Source of the DNA: Myxococcota bacterium
Lineage (GTDB): Bacteria > Myxococcota_A > UBA9160 > UBA6930
Assembly (NCBI GenBank): GCA_965223705.1
Contig: OZ245015.1
Span: 2,592,001 to 2,656,000 of the forward strand
Length of the DNA: 64,000 nucleotides
Direction of reading: 5' to 3'
The notes under the pieces are model-generated. The model was not told where the DNA came from, made no database searches, and saw only the letters and a list, made by a program, of their open reading frames with translations. Positions 57,393 to 64,000 of the stretch are shown in pieces (position 1 is the stretch's first letter; every line of letters begins with the position of its first letter). The position numbers were made by a program, and so were the translations under genes.

Positions 57393-58126
57393 GCGAGCTG
57401 GTACTCGTCGGCACTTCGGACGCCTTTGGTTCGGGCGGGCGGCGGCAGTCCGCCTATTTGATCCGCGGGGAGAACGGAGGCGCCCTTCTCGACTGCGGCG
57501 CGACGACACTGATGGGGCTCGCGGAGATGAGCATCGAGCGAGCCGAAATCGACACGATCGTCGTGTCCCACTTTCACGCCGACCACTTCGGTGGCATTCC
57601 CCTGTTTCTTCTGGCTTCGATGTACGAGGACCAGCGCACGGCGCCGCTTCAGATCGCCGGTCCTCCGGGCGTCGAGAGTCGCGTCCGCGGCGCAGCCCAA
57701 GCTCTCGGGCACCGAATCGAAAACCACCGGTGGAGCTTTCCGATCGAATTCGTCGAACTGCGCGCCGGCGTGCGCCGACCGACGGGGCCGATCGAAGTCG
57801 AGCCCTTCGAGACGCATCACACCCCCGATGCGAACCCTCACGGGTTCGTCGTCACGGTCGGCGCGCGCAAACTCGCCTACTCCGGCGACACCGGATGGTT
57901 TGACACGCTCCCGCGCCGCGTCGCGGGTAGCGAGCTCTTCCTGTGTGAGTGCACGCAGGTCACGCGAGATTACCCGTTCCACTTGAGCCTCGAAGAGCTC
58001 CGGGCGCGCCGCGACGAGTTCGACTGCGGCAGAATCCTGCTCACTCACTTGGGGTCGGCGATGCGCGCGCGAAAAGATTTCGACCGTTTCGAGGTGGCCG
58101 ACGACGGCATGCGGATCCGGTTCTAG
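57389..58126 (+). CDS. MBL-fold metallohydrolase (RNase Z-like)
   Basis: GTSDAFGSGGR, LDCG, SHFHADH, YSGDT, LTHL; GTGA overlap with murU stop. Confidence 0.9.
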   Translation: MSELVLVGTSDAFGSGGRRQSAYLIRGENGGALLDCGATTLMGLAEMSIERAEIDTIVVSHFHADHFGGIPLFLLASMYEDQRTAPLQIAGPPGVESRVRGAAQALGHRIENHRWSFPIEFVELRAGVRRPTGPIEVEPFETHHTPDANPHGFVVTVGARKLAYSGDTGWFDTLPRRVAGSELFLCECTQVTRDYPFHLSLEELRARRDEFDCGRILLTHLGSAMRARKDFDRFEVADDGMRIRF

Positions 58127-59262
58127 CGGGGCCTCGGAAGCCCCACGAATTCGCCCAACACGCGAGCGGAGGCGGCGCCCGTGCAGCGCGGCAGATGGTT
58201 GACCTGCCCGCACAACGCGTTGCGACCCATGAGCGAGAACGCGATGGCTTCCGCTGCATCCGGGGAAACACCGAGCGAACCCATATCGACGACCGGCGCC
58301 GGGGAGAGGCGCGATTCAATCGCCGAGACAAGAGCCGGGTTCTTGGCCCCGCCGCCGCCGACGACCACGCGATCGGGAGGCCCCTCCGGCAAGAACTCCC
58401 GACAAGCTCCGGCAAACGCTTCGGCCGAAAACGCCACGAGCGTGGCAACGAGCTCCGGGAGCCCGAGGTCGGCGCGCTTCACCAAAGCTTCCGCCTCGGC
58501 GAGACCATAGTGCTCCCGACCGGTGGATTTCGGCGGCGTGCGTCTGAGGAAGGGGTCCGCCAGGAGCTCCGCCAGCAAGTCCTCGTCGACGGTTCCGGAA
58601 GCTGCGAGGCTGCCATCCCGATCGAAGCGCTCGACGCCTTCCGTCGCCAGTGTGACGACGCCGTCGATGAGCGCGTTCGCAGGACCGCAGTCGAACGCCA
58701 TGACGTCGTCCTCGCCGCAGCCTCGCGGCAGCCACGTCAAGTTCGCGATACCGCCCAGATTGAGGACCACGCGAGACTCGTCTTCCGAACGAAAGGCGAC
58801 CCAATGAAAGAACGGTGCGAGAGGCGCGCCTTCTCCTCCCGCCGCGAGATCCCGCGCCCGGAAGTCGGCGATCACCGTCGAGCCCGTCCGCTCCGCGATG
58901 ACCGAAGGATCGCCGATTTGAAGGCTGGCCCGACGTTCCGGATGGTGCGCGACGGTTTGTCCGTGCGATGCGATCGCGACGTCGGATAGCGGAATCCCGG
59001 CGTCCGCGGCCACAGCCGCCGCTGCGGCTGCGAAATGCGCGCCGAGCAGAACGTCGAGGCCGGCGAGCTCGGCGAGGACCTCCTCGGAAGGCAGCCGCAA
59101 CGCGGCCAACCGGTGAATCCGCTGCTGAAGCTCTCGAGGTAGTGGATCTTCGCGATAGGCGACGAGTTCGAAGGGAACCGGGGGACCGGCGTCGGGCCAG
59201 CGCACAAGCGCGGCGTCGATCGCGTCGGCCGAGGTTCCGGACATCAATCCGATGACGTACAC
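58123..59262 (-). CDS. anmK: Anhydro-N-acetylmuramic acid kinase
   Basis: IGLMSGTSADAID, SHGQT..H, DFRARD..GGEGAPL, NLGGIAN, FDCGPAN, PPKSTGRE, EAIAF. Confidence 0.96.
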   Translation of the reverse strand: MYVIGLMSGTSADAIDAALVRWPDAGPPVPFELVAYREDPLPRELQQRIHRLAALRLPSEEVLAELAGLDVLLGAHFAAAAAAVAADAGIPLSDVAIASHGQTVAHHPERRASLQIGDPSVIAERTGSTVIADFRARDLAAGGEGAPLAPFFHWVAFRSEDESRVVLNLGGIANLTWLPRGCGEDDVMAFDCGPANALIDGVVTLATEGVERFDRDGSLAASGTVDEDLLAELLADPFLRRTPPKSTGREHYGLAEAEALVKRADLGLPELVATLVAFSAEAFAGACREFLPEGPPDRVVVGGGGAKNPALVSAIESRLSPAPVVDMGSLGVSPDAAEAIAFSLMGRNALCGQVNHLPRCTGAASARVLGEFVGLPRPR

Positions 59263-59327
59263 GCAGCCCCCTCACGACGAGTATGACGTTCGCGCGGACA
59301 ACCGGGTAGCACCGCCGGCCGACCGCG

Positions 59328-59356
59328 TTGACAGCCCGCTAGGACCGCCGAATACT
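59328..59356 (+). promoter_or_regulatory. Possible sigma70 promoter for the GT4 operon
   Basis: TTGACA-N17-AATACT upstream of 59439. Confidence 0.45.
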
Positions 59357-59438
59357 CGTTTTCGGTAGGTCGGGCGCCCCGATCAAGCCCCAAAGAGGCT
59401 CGCTCGTTGACGAAAGCAACCCTTCCCGGTCGGCGACC

Positions 59439-59681
59439 GTGACCGACTCATCGCGAAGTCAGGGCGGCCTGATCTGTGTCGCCGCCGTGCTCGTCGGACT
59501 CATCTTTCTGGCGGGCCTTCTCGCGCGGAGCTGGTGGGCTGTAGCGATCCCGGTCGCCATCGCGCTGCTCTTTGTCCTCGGCCTCGTCTTTTGGGTCGGA
59601 TGGACCATCATGACGGTGGACCTCGACCCCGAGCCGCCGCCGGCGGACCCAGCCCCCCCTGCGGAGCAAGACGCTGACTGA
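59439..59681 (+). CDS. Small 2-TM hypothetical protein
   Basis: Two hydrophobic helices, Pro/acidic tail, GC-rich codon pattern. Confidence 0.65.
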   Translation: MTDSSRSQGGLICVAAVLVGLIFLAGLLARSWWAVAIPVAIALLFVLGLVFWVGWTIMTVDLDPEPPPADPAPPAEQDAD

Positions 59682-59775
59682 CGCGCGCCTCCTCTCGCTC
59701 CGGAGTCAGCGTTGCGCGTCGCTTTCTTGATTCGGAACGACCCGTGCGAACCGCACTCCTGATTCGGAATTGCCT

Positions 59776-61023
59776 GTGCGAATCGCGCTCCTGACGTACC
59801 GCGGCAACATGTTTTGCGGCGGTCAGGGCATCTACGCGTCCCACATCGCCGAAGAACTCCGAGCGCTGGGTTGCGATGTCCACGTCATTGCGGGCCCGCC
59901 GCTTCCCGAGCTCCCTTCGGGCATTCCGCTGCACGAAATCCCGAACGAGAATGTGTTCGGCGTGCCCCTCGCAGAGTGGGCCGAGACGCACGACCCGCGG
60001 CGACTCCTGGCACCGCTGTCTGCGTGGGAAGCGCTGGTTTCTCGGGTCGGTGTCTTTCCCGAAATGCAAACTTTCGGAGCGCGTCTTTTTCTCCGCTGGC
60101 CCACCTTGATGAAACAACATCGATTCGATGTGGTCCTCGACAATCAGAGCTTGACCTGGGGCCTCCTCGGACTGCGCGCGTTGGGCACGCCCGTGGTGGG
60201 TGTCATCCATCACCCCTTACACATCGACCGGGAAGCCGATTTCGCGATCGACCGGACGCTCAAACAGCGGGTCCGCCGCACGCTCTACTTTCCGATGTGG
60301 ATGCAGCAACGCGTCGCACCGAGACTCGATCGCATCGTGACGGTCAGCGAGGCTTCGCGTCGCGAGATCGCGTTGCGCTTCGGGATCCCCGAAAAGCGAA
60401 TCGACGTGGTGTGGAACGGAACCGACGCGGAGCTCTTCCGGCCCCACCCCGAGGTACCGAAAGAAACCGATCTGGTCTTCGTCGGCCGCACGGAGGATCG
60501 CAAGAAAGGGATCGGCACGCTGATCGAGGCTCTCGGGGCGTTGCCGGGGGTCACGCTCAAAATCGTCGATGGGCGCATCCCGGATCATGGCCTCGTTCCC
60601 CGCCTGCTTCGGAAGCACGGTGTCGAGGACCGCGTCGTGCTCGACCGCCGACTTCTCGAACGCGACGAGCTCGCAGCGACCTATACGACTGCCCGCATCG
60701 CCGTCGTCCCTTCTTTCTTCGAGGGCTTCGGTTTCCCCGCGACCGAAGCGATGGCGTGCGGCCTCCCGGTCGTCGCTCACGCGGTCGGCGCTCTACCGGA
60801 GCTACTCGGAAGCGACGATCGCTGCGGGCGACTCGTTCCGCCCCACAACCCGCCCGCCCTGGCGGCCGCCATCCGCTCGCTCCTCGATGAGCCGGGCGCG
60901 TGCGAAGCGGCCGGGGCCCGAGCGAGGGAGCGCGTCGTTCGCACGTTTCCCTGGCGCCAGGCGGGCGCGTCCCTGCTTCGGTGTCTGGAAGCCGTCGTGC
61001 GCGAGCGGCGCGGAGCCCGCTGA
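59776..61023 (+). CDS. Glycosyltransferase family 4 (paralog 1)
   Basis: RIALLTYRGNMFCGGQG, IHHP, WNGTD, KKG, EGFGFPATEAMACG. Confidence 0.92.
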   Translation: MRIALLTYRGNMFCGGQGIYASHIAEELRALGCDVHVIAGPPLPELPSGIPLHEIPNENVFGVPLAEWAETHDPRRLLAPLSAWEALVSRVGVFPEMQTFGARLFLRWPTLMKQHRFDVVLDNQSLTWGLLGLRALGTPVVGVIHHPLHIDREADFAIDRTLKQRVRRTLYFPMWMQQRVAPRLDRIVTVSEASRREIALRFGIPEKRIDVVWNGTDAELFRPHPEVPKETDLVFVGRTEDRKKGIGTLIEALGALPGVTLKIVDGRIPDHGLVPRLLRKHGVEDRVVLDRRLLERDELAATYTTARIAVVPSFFEGFGFPATEAMACGLPVVAHAVGALPELLGSDDRCGRLVPPHNPPALAAAIRSLLDEPGACEAAGARARERVVRTFPWRQAGASLLRCLEAVVRERRGAR

Positions 61024-61715
61024 TGCTGCTCACCGTCGATCTGGACGAGCTCGACGTGCGTCCCGGTGACCTCCTCCTCGACGCAGGGTGCGGAGAAGGT
61101 CGACATTGTGCGGGGGCACTCGATCGCGGCGCCCGCGTCATCGGCCTCGACATCGATCGCGCCGCTCTCGCCGCCGCACAGGCGACGTTGCGCGAGAGGC
61201 CCGGGCGCTCCGACCTGTTGCGAGGCGACGCGCTCGCACTCCCATTTCCCGATGCCCGCTTTGACCGCGTGATCTGCTCGGAAGTGATGGAACATGTCGA
61301 CGACTACAACGGGGCGCTCCGGGAGCTCGCGCGAATCACCCGTCCCGCGGGCCGGCTCGCCGTCACCGTGCCGACGGAGCTGAGCGAGAAACTCTACCTA
61401 CACCTTTCGGACGAATACTTCGAAAGTCCCGGCGGACACATCCGCATCTTCTCCCCGAAAAAACTCGCGCGCGCGATGCGTCGCGCGGGCTTCGAAGAGA
61501 TCCGAGCGGGCTTCGCCCACGCACTGCACACGCCCTACTGGGCGCTCCGAAATTTCGTCGGGCTCTCGGGTGCCGACGCGCGGCCGGTCGTCCGCGCATA
61601 CCGGATCGGTCTGCTGCGCGCGACGCAATCGCCGTTGGCCCACCGCCTGGAACGTATGCTGAATCGCGTATTCCCCAAGAGCCTGATCCTGTATGCCCGT
61701 CGCAGCGCACCCTGA
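61023..61715 (+). CDS. Class I SAM-dependent methyltransferase
   Basis: LTVD, LDAGCGEGRH, GDALALPF, SEVMEH, GGHIRIF, HALHTPYW. Confidence 0.92.
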   Translation: MLLTVDLDELDVRPGDLLLDAGCGEGRHCAGALDRGARVIGLDIDRAALAAAQATLRERPGRSDLLRGDALALPFPDARFDRVICSEVMEHVDDYNGALRELARITRPAGRLAVTVPTELSEKLYLHLSDEYFESPGGHIRIFSPKKLARAMRRAGFEEIRAGFAHALHTPYWALRNFVGLSGADARPVVRAYRIGLLRATQSPLAHRLERMLNRVFPKSLILYARRSAP

Positions 61716-63063
61716 ACACCTCCGCGTCGCACTGCTCTCTTACCGGGGCAACATGCGGTGCGGTGGTCAAGGGGTCTATCTCTGGCACCTCGCGAGAGGT
61801 CTCGCCCGCCTGGGACACCGCGTCGAAGTCTGGTGCGGGCCTCCGTACCCGGACCCGATGCCTTTCGTCGAAGCCGTCCACAGACTTCCCGGAAACGAGT
61901 TCTTTGGGAAGTGGTTCAATCCAGATCGGCGGGGCTTCCTGCCCGAACCGCGACCGCTGTCCGTGCTCAAACCCCTGCCGTTTTACGAGCTGGGCGCGAG
62001 CTGGCTCGGGTTTCTCGTCGAGCCCGCGCTGTTCTCGCTGCGGGCCTTCGCGGCGGTAACTGCGCGCGCGCAGCGGACCGGCGCGTTCGACGTGGTTCAC
62101 GACGTGCAGTCGCTGGGCTATGGGCTCCTCGGATTGCGTGCTCGCGGGACTCCCGTCGTCTCCACCGTCCACCACCCCCTGACCGTCGATCGCGCCGCGT
62201 CTTTTCGCGCCGACCGAACGTTCCGTGACGCCGTCGGCACGGCGAAATTCTTCCCGATCGGGATGCAAGCTTTCGTGGCCCGTCGCATCGACGGGATCCT
62301 GACATCTTCGCGCTCGAGTGCCGCGCGGATTCACCGCGATTTTCGGGTACCGCGCGAACGCATCACGGATGTCGCGAACGGAGTCGATACCGACTGCTTC
62401 CGACCCCGCCCGCTGGCGCGCGAGCCGTCGACCGTGTTGTGTGTCGCCCGGGCGGCCGACCCCAACAAGGGTGTTCGAGACTTGGTGCGCGCACTCCGTC
62501 ACCTTCCAGACGACATCGCGCTCGAACTGGTCGACGATGCCGGTCCGAGCAACCCGGCGCGCGTCTGGGCGAAACGAGCCGGGGTGGCGCACCGCCTGAC
62601 GATCACCGGCGCGCTCCCGATCGACGTCTTGGCCGAACGCTACGCGCGGGCGACGCTCGTCGCCGTTCCTTCTCACCACGAAGGCTTCGGCCTGCCGGCC
62701 GTTGAAGCCATGGCGAGCGAGACTCCGGTTGTCGCCGCCGCCGGCGGCGCTTTGGCAGAAGTTCTCGCGGACGGAGGCGGAACCCTCGTCCCCGTCGGCC
62801 AAACCGAAGCGATGGCCGGCGCGATCCGCGAGCTCATCGCCCGACCGTCGCTGCGCGCGACCTTGGGGCAAAAAGGTCGCGAGATTGCCGTTCGCCGCTA
62901 CAGCTGGGCGTCGATCACAGACGCCACCTGCGATGTCTACCGAGCGGTACGTGGTGCGGGAGTCGCCGGTGATTTCGGCCTCCCGACGAGGATCAGTACG
63001 TCCGCGGCCCCCGGGAAAACGCCCGCCAATCGATCCGCGACTTCGAGCCACGCCCGCGCGTAG
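61693..63063 (+). CDS. Glycosyltransferase family 4 (paralog 2)
   Basis: RVALLSYRGNMRCGGQG, VHHP, NGVD, NKG, EGFGLPAVEAMAS. Confidence 0.92.
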   Translation: MPVAAHPEHLRVALLSYRGNMRCGGQGVYLWHLARGLARLGHRVEVWCGPPYPDPMPFVEAVHRLPGNEFFGKWFNPDRRGFLPEPRPLSVLKPLPFYELGASWLGFLVEPALFSLRAFAAVTARAQRTGAFDVVHDVQSLGYGLLGLRARGTPVVSTVHHPLTVDRAASFRADRTFRDAVGTAKFFPIGMQAFVARRIDGILTSSRSSAARIHRDFRVPRERITDVANGVDTDCFRPRPLAREPSTVLCVARAADPNKGVRDLVRALRHLPDDIALELVDDAGPSNPARVWAKRAGVAHRLTITGALPIDVLAERYARATLVAVPSHHEGFGLPAVEAMASETPVVAAAGGALAEVLADGGGTLVPVGQTEAMAGAIRELIARPSLRATLGQKGREIAVRRYSWASITDATCDVYRAVRGAGVAGDFGLPTRISTSAAPGKTPANRSATSSHARA

Positions 63064-63737
63064 GGAGGCGGGAACCGCGCGAGTATTCGTGCGTACGCCG
63101 CGAGTCCCCAGAAGAGCGACGTCCCCGAAACCTCGACATCCGCGAGGTGACGAGACGCTTGCGCGACGAGAAGGTCGGGGTCATAGCGCGTGAAGTGATC
63201 CGCCGGAACGTCGTAACTCCTTCGCCCGCGCGGGCTTCCCCCGCGCAAGCAGCGAAGCAGTTCGTCGGCGACGCGGCCAATGCGACACGCGAGCGCCTCG
63301 AAGTTCGCTACCGCGAGGACGACGCGGCCGGATCGCTTCGTGACACGCGCCATCTCCCGGATCGCTTGATCCGGTGCGTCGAAGTGGTCGAGCGCTCCCT
63401 TACAGATCGCGGCATCAAACGCTTCGTCGGGGAACGGCAGTGCGTCGCCAAAGGCGCGCACGAAAACCGGTGGGTTCACCGCCGGAGCGTGCATGCGAGC
63501 CCAGCGCATCATTCGCCGCGAGGGCTCGGCGCCGATCGCACGCGATCCGCGCGCCGCGAGTGCCACGGTGTCTTGCCCGAACCCGCTCGCGACATCGAGC
63601 ACCCGTCGCCCCGGCCCCGCGTTCGCGAAAGCCAACGTGCGCTCGGTCATCCGCTCGAAGAGGAACGTGCTGTCCGGCGTGCTCGCGACGGGAATCACGT
63701 CGGGCATATCGCGGTCGAGCTCAGCCGACCGCATCAC
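62937..63737 (-). CDS. Class I SAM-dependent methyltransferase
   Basis: VLDVASGFG, GAEPS, DALPFPDEAFD, EMARV..GR. Confidence 0.85.
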   Translation of the reverse strand: MMRSAELDRDMPDVIPVASTPDSTFLFERMTERTLAFANAGPGRRVLDVASGFGQDTVALAARGSRAIGAEPSRRMMRWARMHAPAVNPPVFVRAFGDALPFPDEAFDAAICKGALDHFDAPDQAIREMARVTKRSGRVVLAVANFEALACRIGRVADELLRCLRGGSPRGRRSYDVPADHFTRYDPDLLVAQASRHLADVEVSGTSLFWGLAAYARILARFPPPYARAWLEVADRLAGVFPGAADVLILVGRPKSPATPAPRTAR

Positions 63738-64000
63738 GCGCCGGCGAGGCGCATGGCTTCGGCGATCCGCTCCCGGAGCTCGGCCTGTTCCCAGGGTTTC
63801 GGAATCACGCCCACGACACCGGCTGCGTCGAGATCGGGGCGCGACAGGACCTCCGAGAGCCCCGTCAGGAGAAGCCTCCCGACTTCGGGCTTCCAGGCGC
63901 GAATTTTTTCGAGAAGCTTGATCCCCGAGACGTCGGGCATTCGCTGGTCCGACAACACCACGGAGATTCCGCCCGCGTCGATACGGGCCAAGGCCTCCTG
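63734..64000 (-). CDS. Response regulator receiver protein (5' end outside window)
   Basis: VVLSDQRMP, LLLTG, IPKPW receiver motifs. Confidence 0.85.
   Translation of the reverse strand, partial: QEALARIDAGGISVVLSDQRMPDVSGIKLLEKIRAWKPEVGRLLLTGLSEVLSRPDLDAAGVVGVIPKPWEQAELRERIAEAMRLAGA

Overview
High-GC chromosomal segment, most consistent with a Myxococcota/deltaproteobacterial genome (inference from gene content and order). 1-9.6 kb is an accessory-looking block. It holds a PEP-CTERM protein, an MMPL/RND exporter, a translationally coupled operon (CarF/TMEM189-family lipid desaturase, divergent GTP cyclohydrolase I, cytochrome c with a molybdopterin-oxidoreductase-like N-domain, membrane protein), GST/LysR and XRE/DUF2834 divergent pairs, then tRNA-Gly(CCC). 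9.7-42.1 kb is a large type IVa pilus locus on the minus strand: pilB-T-C-S-R, second kinase, fimU-pilV-W-X, Ig-repeat lipoprotein, pilY1, an inverted sigma54 regulator, HTH, pilM-N-O-P-Q, aroK-aroB, TPR, roadblock, aroQ, SgmX-like TPR and an ExeA-like ATPase. No major pilin or prepilin peptidase is present. 42.2-52.6 kb is housekeeping (ribF, lptF/G-like, hflKC, nfeD-slipin, coaBC, coaD, rsmD). 52.6-59.3 kb is a peptidoglycan-recycling cluster (dacB, spmAB, amgK, murU, MBL hydrolase, anmK). 59.4-64 kb is a GT4/methyltransferase cluster. Most notable: (i) the carF-folE-cytochrome c operon; (ii) a sigma28-like motif T(C/A)AA-N16-nCCGAT in front of four pilus transcription units, plus two near-perfect sigma54 promoters with shared enhancer-like sites; (iii) an AnmK/AmgK/MurU locus in which SpmAB and an MBL hydrolase occupy the places of the absent AmpG and MupP. 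All calls come from motif recognition by eye; no searches were run, and several start codons are estimates.
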